Positions 14,953-23,363 of a stretch of DNA of 29,503 nt are shown piece after piece. The stretch is from a virus, in the IMG/VR virus record IMGVR_UViG_3300014962_000003, positions 1-29,503 of that record; one strand, written 5' to 3'. Position 1 is the stretch's first letter. Every line of letters begins with the position of its first letter. Below the pieces are notes generated by a model. It had not been told where the DNA came from. It did no database searches and saw nothing but the letters and a program-made list of their open reading frames with translations. A program made the position numbers and the translations under genes.

Positions 14953-14958
14953 TAGAAT
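14953..14958 (+). promoter_or_regulatory. -10-like box cggTAGAATga.
   Basis: Lies 23 nt upstream of GTG 14982. The same gcggTAGAAT string occurs at 16817-16825. Confidence 0.3.
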
Positions 14959-14981
14959 GATAGGAGACTTGAGGAGTTTCT

Positions 14982-15575
14982 GTGAGCGTTACTAATGGTT
15001 ATTGTTCGCTGGCTGATGTGAAGGCGGCTTTGCGTATCACTGATGCGATTGATGATAGCCTTATCGAACTTTCGATTGAGGCTGCGTCGCGTGAGATTGA
15101 CGGCTACTGTGAGCGTGTCTTTTATTCGACTACGGGTACGCGCGTTTATTTCCCTGATTCTGTTTTAACGGTTGAGACTGACGACATTATTTCGGTCACT
15201 ACTTTAAAAACGCTCGGTACAGATAACACTTTCTCGGTCACATGGAATCCTGCTACGGAGTTTCAGCTTGAGCCTTTGAATGGTGTGGTGGGCGGTATCA
15301 GCCAACCTTATACTCGTATTCGCGCGATTTATGATCTTGTTTTTAATGACAGATTGCAAGTTGCTTCTGTGCAGGTTGCTGGCGTTTTTGGTTGGTCATC
15401 TGTTCCTACTGCCGTGAAACAGGCTTGTGTTCTTCTTGCTATGCGTCAGTTCAAACGGTATGACTCGCCTACCGGTGTGATGGGTTTTGGCGATATGGGT
15501 GTTGTGCGTGTCGGCCGTGTTGACCCTGACATTGAGGCTCTTTTGCAACCGTTCAAAAAGATGGCATACGCTTAA
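14982..15575 (+). CDS. Head-tail connector/adaptor (gp6-like).
   Basis: GAGGAG Shine-Dalgarno. CSLADVKAALRITDAIDDSLIELSIEAASREIDGYCERVF is the typical gp6-like N-terminus. Confidence 0.75.
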   Translation: MSVTNGYCSLADVKAALRITDAIDDSLIELSIEAASREIDGYCERVFYSTTGTRVYFPDSVLTVETDDIISVTTLKTLGTDNTFSVTWNPATEFQLEPLNGVVGGISQPYTRIRAIYDLVFNDRLQVASVQVAGVFGWSSVPTAVKQACVLLAMRQFKRYDSPTGVMGFGDMGVVRVGRVDPDIEALLQPFKKMAYA

Positions 15576-15985
15576 TGTCTATTTCTGAAATGCGTTCAGG
15601 TATCGCAACAAACCTAACAACTATTCGGGGCTTACGCGCAAGCGAAACTATCCCCGACCAAGTGAATCCGCCGGTTGCTGTTATCGGTTTGCAGTCTGTA
15701 ACTTATGACCAGTCTTTTGGTCGCGCCGCCGTTGGCACTTCAATTTACAATTTTATTATCACTGTCGTTTGTGGTCGTGCTTCTGAACGCGAGGCACAAA
15801 ATAGGCTTGATGCATATATTTCTACTGGGGCGAGTTCTGTGAAAGCTGCTGTAGAGTCTGAACGGACTCTTGGCGGTTCAGCTTATGATTGTCGCGTAAG
15901 CGAAATGTCTAATGTTTCGTCGGTTATAATAAATGATGTAACTTATCTGACTTGTGATTTTGCTGTTCAGGTTTATTCAAATTAA
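15575..15985 (+). CDS. Head-tail joining or neck protein (tail terminator/completion candidate).
   Basis: TAATG coupling. 136 aa, positioned between the connector and the tail tube. Confidence 0.5.
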   Translation: MSISEMRSGIATNLTTIRGLRASETIPDQVNPPVAVIGLQSVTYDQSFGRAAVGTSIYNFIITVVCGRASEREAQNRLDAYISTGASSVKAAVESERTLGGSAYDCRVSEMSNVSSVIINDVTYLTCDFAVQVYSN

Positions 15986-15996
15986 GGAGATACAAG

Positions 15997-16410
15997 GTGG
16001 CTAAACTAGTAGCAACCGATTACAAGATTACGGTTAACGGCACTAACTTTAGTGATCACCTTGCAGCCGTGACTCTCGACACTTCTGCTGACGAGGTGGA
16101 GACTACTGCGTTTGGGCAGACTTTCCGCACCCGTGTTGGCGGTCTCAAGGATGGCTCTATTCAGCTCGACTTTCACCAGGATTTTGGTGCTTCGTCTGTT
16201 GACGCCACACTGTTTCCCCTTCTCGGCTCGAATGCTACTGTTGTCGTCATTCCCACGAGCGGTACTGTCAGCGCAACAAACCCGAGTTATACTGGCGTTT
16301 TCCTTGTATCGCAATATCAGCCTGTTGCTTCTTCGGTTGGCGACCTTGCTACGCTTTCGGTGACTTGGCCGACTGCTGGTACGGCTGGTATCACTAGGGC
16401 TACTGCGTAA
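15997..16410 (+). CDS. Major tail (tube) protein.
   Basis: AAGGAG Shine-Dalgarno and GTG start. 137 aa beta-rich protein (DYKITVNGTNFSDHLAAVTLDTSADEVETTAFG) immediately upstream of the chaperone pair. Confidence 0.7.
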   Translation: MAKLVATDYKITVNGTNFSDHLAAVTLDTSADEVETTAFGQTFRTRVGGLKDGSIQLDFHQDFGASSVDATLFPLLGSNATVVVIPTSGTVSATNPSYTGVFLVSQYQPVASSVGDLATLSVTWPTAGTAGITRATA

Positions 16411-16412
16411 CT

Positions 16413-16664
16413 ATGAATCCGCTTAACCTACAAGTTGCTTACCTTGACGGTACTGAGGCTTCTGCTGATGTTATCGCTATTGACATGATTGCTTTTGAGT
16501 CAAAGTTTGATTTGTCGATGGCGCGGCTTGATAAAGATATGAAGTTGACTCATCTTTTTTGGCTGGCTTGGCATTCTCTTTACCGACAAAAGCTGACTGC
16601 GCTCGAGTTTGAAGAGTGGGCTGCTACTGTTGCCGGTGTCGGCGAGGGTGATTCAAAAAAATAG
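16413..16664 (+). CDS. Tail assembly chaperone (G-like).
   Basis: 83 aa, ending ..GDSKK* on an A7 run directly upstream of an open -1 frame. Confidence 0.8.
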   Translation: MNPLNLQVAYLDGTEASADVIAIDMIAFESKFDLSMARLDKDMKLTHLFWLAWHSLYRQKLTALEFEEWAATVAGVGEGDSKK

Positions 16665-16822
16665 TTGGGCTGGGCGAGTCTAGCTTTCACTGGACTATTG
16701 CCACTATTGCGGTTGAGACTGGGATTGCTCCTAGCGAACTGTTATCGCTTGAGCCTCGAATGTTGTGGACTATTCACCGCTATATGGTTGCCCGTAGTCA
16801 GGCGAGCCAACGGAAGCGGTAG
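16413..16822 (+). CDS. Tail assembly chaperone G-T fusion, produced by a -1 frameshift at 16655-16661.
   Basis: The -1 frame reads KKIVGLGESSFHWTIATIAVETGIAPSELLSLEPRMLWTIHRYMVARSQASQRKR* and ends at TAG 16820-16822. This is the canonical position before the tape measure. Confidence 0.7.
16655..16661 (+). promoter_or_regulatory. Programmed -1 ribosomal frameshift slippery heptamer A_AAA_AAA.
   Basis: gat tca aaa aaa TAG. Seven A residues sit in X_XXY_YYZ register with respect to the G frame. Confidence 0.75.
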
Positions 16823-16825
16823 AAT
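16820..16825 (+). promoter_or_regulatory. -10-like box gcggTAGAATat.
   Basis: Same decamer core as at 14950-14958. Lies upstream of ATG 16843, which has an AGAGG Shine-Dalgarno. Confidence 0.3.
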
Positions 16826-16842
16826 ATCTTAGAGGTGTTGTG

Positions 16843-17352
16843 ATGCTTAAGCCATATATTGAGGGCGCTAATTTTCGGCAGATGGTTGCCGATTTGAAGG
16901 AGCTTGACCCTAAAATGGCTGCGCGTTTTCGCAAGGAAATTCGGACTCCTTCTAAAGATTTGGGTAATCAGGGTGCGGCTGCGTTTCCTGCAACTGATCC
17001 GCTCAGTAATTTTTGGATGTCGAAAATGTCTGAGTATGGTTCGCGCCCACCTGTTTCGATTTCTATTACTGGCGGTTCAAGTAAAGCTAAAAGTTTCAGT
17101 AAGTTGTTGCAGATTGTTTTGAAGCCTGGCACTCCTGGTTATTCTCTTGCTGAGAACATTGATTTGCGTCGTGTGAAAACACCGCAAGGTCGTGCGTTGT
17201 TTAAGAATCTTGATGACCGTTATCCGCGCAAATATAAGCGTGGTCGTTTCGCTTTCCAGACAATTATGGCTAAGCGTGAAGAATTGTATAAGACGATTGA
17301 GAATGCCATGGAGCGATGGCAGAACGAGATTACTAGGGAACAGGCTGACTGA
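16843..17352 (+). CDS. Hypothetical tail-region protein (HK97 gp10-like tail-completion candidate).
   Basis: 169 aa ORF between the chaperones and the tape measure. ANFRQMVADLKELDPKMAARFRKEIR is reminiscent of gp10-family N-termini. GTG 16840 is an alternative start. Confidence 0.45.
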   Translation: MLKPYIEGANFRQMVADLKELDPKMAARFRKEIRTPSKDLGNQGAAAFPATDPLSNFWMSKMSEYGSRPPVSISITGGSSKAKSFSKLLQIVLKPGTPGYSLAENIDLRRVKTPQGRALFKNLDDRYPRKYKRGRFAFQTIMAKREELYKTIENAMERWQNEITREQAD

Positions 17353-18884
17353 TGGCTATTCGCATACCTATTCTTTGGCGTAACGAGGATTCTGGTCTTA
17401 GACAGGCTCAAGCCTCGGTATCTAATTTCAGTACGGTTGCCGCTGGCGCTTTCGCCTATATTGGCGCGATGGCCGTTCAGGGAATGGCTCAGGCGGCTCG
17501 AGCTGTCGTCGATTATGGTATTGAAGCTGCTAAAGCTGCTGCTGAATCCGATTCTGTTGCTCGAGGATTGGAACAGATTGCTAAAAACAGTTCAGCTTTT
17601 TCTGCTACGACTTCGAACCTTAAAGCTGCAACTACTGCCCTAACGGATCACTCAACAAAAATGTCAAAACTTATTGGCATTGATGATGAAGTTTTGAACA
17701 GCATGAAGCGTACTTGGCTTGCTGTTCCTGAGCTTGCGGGTCGTGGTGCTGATGGTATCAATAAGCTCGCTGAGGTTGCGGCTGATGTTGCGGCTGGTAC
17801 TGGTAAAGATATTGAGTCTATCGGTCAGGCGTTTATCAAAGTTTCTGGTGACGAAGAAACGGCGTTAAGTAAGTTGCGCCGCGCGGGTATCGTTTTGAGC
17901 GACCAGCAGAACGCTACTTACCAGCAAATTCTTGATACTAATGGCCAGATTGCCGCTCAGGATTATTTGATTGAAACCCTGGGTCAAACATATAAGGGTG
18001 CGGCTGAGGCTGCGGCTAACCCCTTTGAGCGCGTGAAAGCTATTCTTGAGGATTTACAGGAGCGTATTGGTGCTGCGTTTATGCCAGCTCTTGAGGCTGC
18101 AATTCCTAAAATTCAGGAGTTCGCTGACAAGCTTGTTGCTGACCCAGTATTTCAAAGTTTCCTTTCAAGCGTTACCCAAAATTTTACGGATATGATTCCG
18201 GTAATTTATGAAACTGTCCAAAATCTTATTCCGTTAATTGAATCTCAACTTCCAACCATTAATGAAATATTGCCTTCTATCAATAGTTTGATGGAAGCTT
18301 TAGCTTCTGCTATTAAATTAACTGGTGATAGCGCTACTGATTCTTATGGCCCGCTGGGTGATTTGATTATTGCTGCTGGGCTACTTGGTGATGCGGCAGA
18401 TTGGGCTTTTACTTCAATAAATAATTTGAAAGGTTCTCTCGGCGGTGGGTGGGGGCCTGTGGTTGATTCTATAATTCAGACTCTTACGCCACTGCAAAGA
18501 ACTATTGAAATTATTATTGGTGGGCTTGCTTTTATTACTGGCAATAAAGAGGTAGCTACTCAAATGGCTACCGGCAAGTCAATGAAGCAATTAGAAAATG
18601 CCTATAATCAACGCACTAAAATTTTAAAAAGTTATCCTGGTCAGGCTGATGGTGGTGTGACTACTCGTGCTGGTTTGTCGTGGGTTGGTGAGAATGGCCC
18701 TGAACTTTTGAGCCTTCCTGTTGGCGCTCAAGTGACGCCTTTAGATAAGGTTTCTGGTAGTGGCGGCTCAACCTACAACATCAACATCAGCACTCTGAAA
18801 GCTGACGCGAGTATTGGTGAAATCATCGTGAACAGTATTCAACGGTATGAACGGTCAAGTGGCCCCGTCTTTGCGAAGGCTTAG
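17352..18884 (+). CDS. Tape measure protein (short, 510 aa).
   Basis: Ala-rich helical protein after the chaperones. C-terminal GLSWVGENGPELLSLPVGAQVTP is typical of tape measure proteins. Confidence 0.85.
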   Translation: MAIRIPILWRNEDSGLRQAQASVSNFSTVAAGAFAYIGAMAVQGMAQAARAVVDYGIEAAKAAAESDSVARGLEQIAKNSSAFSATTSNLKAATTALTDHSTKMSKLIGIDDEVLNSMKRTWLAVPELAGRGADGINKLAEVAADVAAGTGKDIESIGQAFIKVSGDEETALSKLRRAGIVLSDQQNATYQQILDTNGQIAAQDYLIETLGQTYKGAAEAAANPFERVKAILEDLQERIGAAFMPALEAAIPKIQEFADKLVADPVFQSFLSSVTQNFTDMIPVIYETVQNLIPLIESQLPTINEILPSINSLMEALASAIKLTGDSATDSYGPLGDLIIAAGLLGDAADWAFTSINNLKGSLGGGWGPVVDSIIQTLTPLQRTIEIIIGGLAFITGNKEVATQMATGKSMKQLENAYNQRTKILKSYPGQADGGVTTRAGLSWVGENGPELLSLPVGAQVTPLDKVSGSGGSTYNINISTLKADASIGEIIVNSIQRYERSSGPVFAKA

Positions 18885-18886
18885 GG

Positions 18887-20098
18887 ATGCAAACTAACAC
18901 CACTGTTGAGGTTGGTTTTGAACTGACCACAGGAGACCAGCCGGTTTTTCGTCTTGACGATACTGTGCGTGGTCGTCTCGATAACACTACTTATCGTTTG
19001 GCTGGCGCTATCTTCATTGATATCACTAATGCTGTTACAGGGTTGAGTATTAAGCGGGGTAAGAGTCGTGAGCTTGACCGCTATTCGGCCGGTCAGGCTT
19101 CGATTACTTTAAATAATGAGAACCGTTATTTTGACCCGCTATATTCTTCTTCTCCGTATGTGAATAATATTATTCCGCGTCGTGCGGTGAGGATTTCGAC
19201 TAACTCGGTTGTGCAGTTCACTGGTTATGTTGAGGACTGGAATTTCGATTACGATATTTCGGGTAAATCGAATGCGATTATTCAGGCTGCTGATGCGTTC
19301 ACCCTGTTGGCGCAACAAAATGTTTTACCTGGTACTGCTACGCCACAGTTGACTTCTGATCGTGTGGCGGCTGTGTTGAATATGTCTACGGTGGCTTGGC
19401 CTGTTATTGACCGGAATATTGATACAGGTTTGCAGACTGTTGGTGCTGATGTTTTTTCGGGTAATGCGCTCGAGTATTTGCAGAAGGTTGAGACTAGCGA
19501 GCAGGGTTCTCTCTATATTTCGAAGGATGGCAAAGTTACTTTCATGGCGGGTGATGCCACTCCGACTACGACTACGACTACGACTTTTGCTGATGATGGT
19601 TCTGGTATTCCGTTTACTGCCGCACAGGTCACTTATGGTACGGAGTTGCTTGCTAACCAGGTTACGGTTACTTCTTCTGCCGGTACTGCTTCAGCGAACA
19701 ATTTGACTTCTCAAACCGCATACGGAATTACTGCTACTTCACTTGATACTTTGCTTTCTACGAACGCGGCAAATCAGAGTGTCGCTGATTTCACTGTCGC
19801 TAAGTATGGGAATCCTGAATACCGTTTCGAGGTTATAGATATTCAGTTGGATGGTATTACTGGTTCTCAAGTGTCGTCTGTTTTGGCACTCGACTTGGGT
19901 TCTATCGTGAAAATTGTTTTCACACCTAATAAGTTGGGTTCTGCTATTACTCAGTACGGGCAGGTTATTGCTATCGAACATCGTGTTGGAATTGATCAGC
20001 ATACGGTTAGGCTTGGGTTTGCAGGACTATCGTTTTCGTTGCTCGTGTTGGATGATGTCGGTTTTGGTATTCTTGATTCAGATAGTTTAGGGATGTAG
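18887..20098 (+). CDS. Minor tail protein (distal-tail-protein position).
   Basis: 403 aa, immediately after the tape measure. Contains a poly-Thr linker ATPTTTTTTTF. Confidence 0.65.
   Translation: MQTNTTVEVGFELTTGDQPVFRLDDTVRGRLDNTTYRLAGAIFIDITNAVTGLSIKRGKSRELDRYSAGQASITLNNENRYFDPLYSSSPYVNNIIPRRAVRISTNSVVQFTGYVEDWNFDYDISGKSNAIIQAADAFTLLAQQNVLPGTATPQLTSDRVAAVLNMSTVAWPVIDRNIDTGLQTVGADVFSGNALEYLQKVETSEQGSLYISKDGKVTFMAGDATPTTTTTTTFADDGSGIPFTAAQVTYGTELLANQVTVTSSAGTASANNLTSQTAYGITATSLDTLLSTNAANQSVADFTVAKYGNPEYRFEVIDIQLDGITGSQVSSVLALDLGSIVKIVFTPNKLGSAITQYGQVIAIEHRVGIDQHTVRLGFAGLSFSLLVLDDVGFGILDSDSLGM
19565..19585 (+). repeat. Hexanucleotide tandem repeat (ACTACG)x3.5 encoding poly-Thr.
   Basis: act acg act acg act acg act, in frame within the minor tail gene. 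Confidence 0.9.
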
Positions 20099-20099
20099 T

Positions 20100-21020
20100 A
20101 TGGCTGGTTTGGGTTACAAGCATTGGGCTGCTAATGATGTTTTGAGCGCCTCGGATATTAACGGCTATTTGGCTGATCAGTCTGTGATGCGTTTTGCTTC
20201 TTCTGCCGCGAGGGCTGCCGCCATTTTGTCTCCTACTCAGGGTATGACTACTTATTTGGATTCGACTGGGGCGCTTGAGGTTTATTCGGGTTCGGCGTGG
20301 GTTGCTGTTGTTGCTGATGGTTCGATTACTAATGCAAAACTTGCGGCCAGTAGCGTTGATTCTACAAAAATTCAAGCTGGCGCTGTTGGTGATACACAGA
20401 TTTATGCGAATGTTGATGCCGCAAAAATTACTTCCGGCACTTTTTCCACTGCTCGTATCCCTAACTTAGATGCTTCTAAAATTACTTCTGGAACTATTAC
20501 AGTTGGTGTCGATACGACTTCAAGTGTTCGTGGCACTAATCTTTATGTTTCTGGTGCGGAAGTTACTCCCGGTTCTTCGGGGCATTTTTATCACACTGGT
20601 TATGGAATTTTTGATGCTGGCATTAATTCTGCAAATGTTATCGCGCGCCCGCTGGGTTCGTGGACTTCTGTTGTCACAAATTCGAGCGGTTATCTTGGTT
20701 ATGGTTCTTCGAACCGTGACAGCAAACAGGATATTGAGGCGGCCGAGTTTACTGCTGAGCAGGGTCTTGGCGTTGAGGTTAAGCAGTTCCGGTACAAGCT
20801 TGATGTTGAAGAGTTTGGTGATGATGCGCCGGTTACTGTCGGTGTGATTGCTGAAGAACTTATTGAGCTTGGTCTTGAGAAGCTGGTTGTTTTCGATGAT
20901 GAGGGCAAACCTAAAGGTGTGCATTATGAGCGTTTAGCGCTTGTTTTGTTTCCTGTTGTGAAGGAGCAGCAGTCTAGGCTTGATGCGCTTGAGGCGCGTC
21001 TTGAGAAGTTGGAGAAGTAA
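20100..21020 (+). CDS. Tail fibre 1 with a C-terminal intramolecular-chaperone (peptidase S74-like) domain.
   Basis: N-terminus MAGLGYKHWAANDVLSASDINGYLADQSV is shared with the next ORF. Repeats AAKITSGTF / ASKITSGTI. The C-terminus SSNRDSKQDIEA...GVIAEEL...VHYERLALVL plus a coiled coil looks S74-like. Confidence 0.7.
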   Translation: MAGLGYKHWAANDVLSASDINGYLADQSVMRFASSAARAAAILSPTQGMTTYLDSTGALEVYSGSAWVAVVADGSITNAKLAASSVDSTKIQAGAVGDTQIYANVDAAKITSGTFSTARIPNLDASKITSGTITVGVDTTSSVRGTNLYVSGAEVTPGSSGHFYHTGYGIFDAGINSANVIARPLGSWTSVVTNSSGYLGYGSSNRDSKQDIEAAEFTAEQGLGVEVKQFRYKLDVEEFGDDAPVTVGVIAEELIELGLEKLVVFDDEGKPKGVHYERLALVLFPVVKEQQSRLDALEARLEKLEK

Positions 21021-21727
21021 TGGCTGGCTTGGGTCGTAAGGTTTTTACTGCTGGCGAGGTTTTGCGGGCAGCAGATGTGAACGGCTATCTGATGGATCAG
21101 ACTGTTCAGGTGTATGCGGGTACTGCTGCGCGTGGCTCGGCCATTGGCACAGCAACAACTGAGGGAATGATTACTTATCTTGCCGATACAAACAAACTAC
21201 AGGCCGCAACTGGTACGGCAACTTGGGTTGATGTGTCAAGTAAAATTGTTCAAGTTGTTCAAGGAACATTGACAACAACCGCTTCATCGAGTTCAACCTC
21301 TTTTACCGATACTGGTCTGAGTGTGACAATTACTCCAACCGTAAACACTTCAACTATTTTGTTGATATGTCAAGGTAATGCGTCAATAACTTATCCTTCT
21401 AGCTTCAACTCAACGGCACAATTCCGCTTGACTGGTGGTAATTCTTCCAATTTTGTTGGTGACGCAGCATCTAACCGTACTCGTACAGCTATTCATTTGC
21501 GTTCAGCCTCCGCATGGATTCCAGCAGATACTTCAGTACCGTTCAACATTACTTACATGGATTCTCCGGCTACAACCTCAGCTACTACATATAAGCTGCA
21601 ATATAAATATGGTGAGTCGGGTGCTGGCGGTGGTGTTGTATATATTAACCGTTCTTACAACGACACAGATTCTACTTTGTTTGGCCGTACAGCTTCTTCA
21701 CTTATTGCTATCGAGGTTCTCGCATAA
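21020..21727 (+). CDS. Tail fibre 2 / receptor-binding protein candidate.
   Basis: TAATG coupling. N-terminus MAGLGRKVFTAGEVLRAADVNGYLMDQTV is paralogous to fibre 1. The C-terminal part is a distinct Ser/Thr-rich beta domain and is AT-rich. Confidence 0.6.
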   Translation: MAGLGRKVFTAGEVLRAADVNGYLMDQTVQVYAGTAARGSAIGTATTEGMITYLADTNKLQAATGTATWVDVSSKIVQVVQGTLTTTASSSSTSFTDTGLSVTITPTVNTSTILLICQGNASITYPSSFNSTAQFRLTGGNSSNFVGDAASNRTRTAIHLRSASAWIPADTSVPFNITYMDSPATTSATTYKLQYKYGESGAGGGVVYINRSYNDTDSTLFGRTASSLIAIEVLA

Positions 21728-22032
21728 TGGATATTTCACAAATTCTTTATATTAATTTTCCTGGGGCCGAATGGACTTTGAATGGTGATGAATATTCTGG
21801 TTTGAATTGGTTGGATGATTCACCAAAACCTACCGAAAATGAACTTGAAAAATTATGGGCTGAAACACAATATAAAGTTGCTTGCGATTTGATTTCTAAA
21901 GAGCGTAGAAATGCTTATATTTCTGAATCCGATCCAATATTTTTTCAATATCAGCGTGGTGAAAAAAGTAAAGAAGAATGGTTGGCTGCTGTCCAAGCAG
22001 TAAATGCGCGTTATCCTATGCCGGTGAAATAA
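21727..22032 (+). CDS. XkdW-like small tail-associated protein.
   Basis: TAATG coupling. The pattern W..NG...GL.W.D....P...EL...W plus C-terminal EEWLAAVQAVNARYPMP resembles PBSX XkdW-type proteins. About 35% GC. Confidence 0.4.
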   Translation: MDISQILYINFPGAEWTLNGDEYSGLNWLDDSPKPTENELEKLWAETQYKVACDLISKERRNAYISESDPIFFQYQRGEKSKEEWLAAVQAVNARYPMPVK

Positions 22033-22033
22033 T

Positions 22034-22747
22034 ATGCGGCAGCCGTGTGACTATCGTTATGATGCTTCCGATCCTTTCGGGTCGATGGCTGGCGGCCGTA
22101 AGTATCCTCATACAGGTTCAGATTGGCCTGCACCGACAGGTTCTAATGCTTACGCGATTTCTGATTGTGTAGTGACTGCGACCGGCTGGCATAACGGTAA
22201 CGGTAATTATGTGGCTGTACGGCTTCTTGACGGCTCATACTGGTCTTATATTCATTTGAGCAAGATTCTCTGTAATGTCGGCCAGTCTCTCGCTGAAGGG
22301 GCGATTCTCGCCCTCACCGGCAATACGGGAACAAACTCGCGCGGCCCACACCTGCACTGTTCACATTCTGACTCGCCGCAAGTCTATGTAGGCTTAGGGC
22401 ATCTCACTGATCCGTGGGAATATTTGAAAGCTCACCCTGATAATATAGTTACTGGAGATATTGATATGCGCGTAATTTTTAGTGACCCAGCTCAGGGCGG
22501 TGACGGCTCGTTTGCTCTTATAGGCGAGTTCAGTTATCAGCCGATTGCCAACATGGATTTGGTTACGATGTTGACGAAAACTTTTGGAGCATATGCGGCA
22601 CTTTCGAAAGCTGAATATCTCGAGAACATTAATTGGGTGAATGCTCGTCGTGCTTCTGCCCCGGCTTCTGGCGGTTCTGCCACGGTCGATGTGAAAGCTA
22701 TTTCGAAGCAGGTTTTGGATGACGCGGCTGCGCGTCTAAAAGCATAA
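22034..22747 (+). CDS. Endolysin, M23 peptidase domain plus a C-terminal domain of unknown type.
   Basis: HTGSDW (HxxxD) and GPHLH motifs with NGNYVAVRL...YIHL, as in M23 metallopeptidases. Confidence 0.75.
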   Translation: MRQPCDYRYDASDPFGSMAGGRKYPHTGSDWPAPTGSNAYAISDCVVTATGWHNGNGNYVAVRLLDGSYWSYIHLSKILCNVGQSLAEGAILALTGNTGTNSRGPHLHCSHSDSPQVYVGLGHLTDPWEYLKAHPDNIVTGDIDMRVIFSDPAQGGDGSFALIGEFSYQPIANMDLVTMLTKTFGAYAALSKAEYLENINWVNARRASAPASGGSATVDVKAISKQVLDDAAARLKA

Positions 22748-23025
22748 TGTCTGGCATTGACCAGGCAAGCTTTCAGGAGCTGCTTGGTGAAATTAAGTCT
22801 ATTAAGACTGATACTGCGTGGATGCGTAAAGAGATTGCGAGACAGGGGGCGAGTGTGAAAGACCTTGACGAGCGGGTGCGTGAGCTGGAACAGGCTGTGA
22901 CGCAAATTAATGCGAAGATGGACGCGCAGAAAAAGACTCCGATTGGTTGGCCCGCGATTGTCGCAGCCTGTGTTGCTGTGATTGTTCTTATCATTAGTAT
23001 TCTTGACCGTTTGTATGGTGTCTGA
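22747..23025 (+). CDS. Coiled-coil membrane protein with a C-terminal TM segment (lysis-cassette accessory or holin-like).
   Basis: TAATG coupling. C-terminal GWPAIVAACVAVIVLIISIL transmembrane segment. Confidence 0.5.
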   Translation: MSGIDQASFQELLGEIKSIKTDTAWMRKEIARQGASVKDLDERVRELEQAVTQINAKMDAQKKTPIGWPAIVAACVAVIVLIISILDRLYGV

Positions 23026-23036
23026 TTGGAGATTGA

Positions 23037-23261
23037 ATGTCGTGGTTGACTCCCGCGAAGCGTAAATGGTTGTATTCGGTTACTGCCGCCGTGAATGCGC
23101 TTGCTGTTGCTGTTGTTCCTGTCTTGGTTCAATTGGGTTGGATTGATGCTCCCGCCGCTGAACAGGTGTTGCAGATTGCCGGTGGCGTTCTTGCGCTGGT
23201 GTCTGCTGTTGTTGCTATCAATTTTGTTCCAGGGAAGGTTGATAAGTCGGTTGGAGAGTAA
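23037..23261 (+). CDS. Holin (r1t-like, two TM segments).
   Basis: GGAG Shine-Dalgarno. KRKWLYSVTAAVNALAVAVVPVLVQLGWI...IAGGVLALVSAVVAINFV, adjacent to the endolysin. Confidence 0.6.
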   Translation: MSWLTPAKRKWLYSVTAAVNALAVAVVPVLVQLGWIDAPAAEQVLQIAGGVLALVSAVVAINFVPGKVDKSVGE

Positions 23262-23268
23262 GGATTCT

Positions 23269-23331
23269 GTGGCGGGCTATCAAGTGCCGATTGATCCGAT
23301 GGATGCTTTCCAATGCGAGTCTTGCCAGTAG
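23269..23331 (+). CDS. Possible 20-aa peptide VAGYQVPIDPMDAFQCESCQ.
   Basis: GTG start 7 nt after the holin stop, with GGAGAGTAAGGA upstream. It is the last ORF before the late terminator. Very short, so uncertain. Confidence 0.25.
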   Translation: MAGYQVPIDPMDAFQCESCQ

Positions 23332-23363
23332 TATAGGAATTGCGCGTTCCCCCATGCCGCGCA

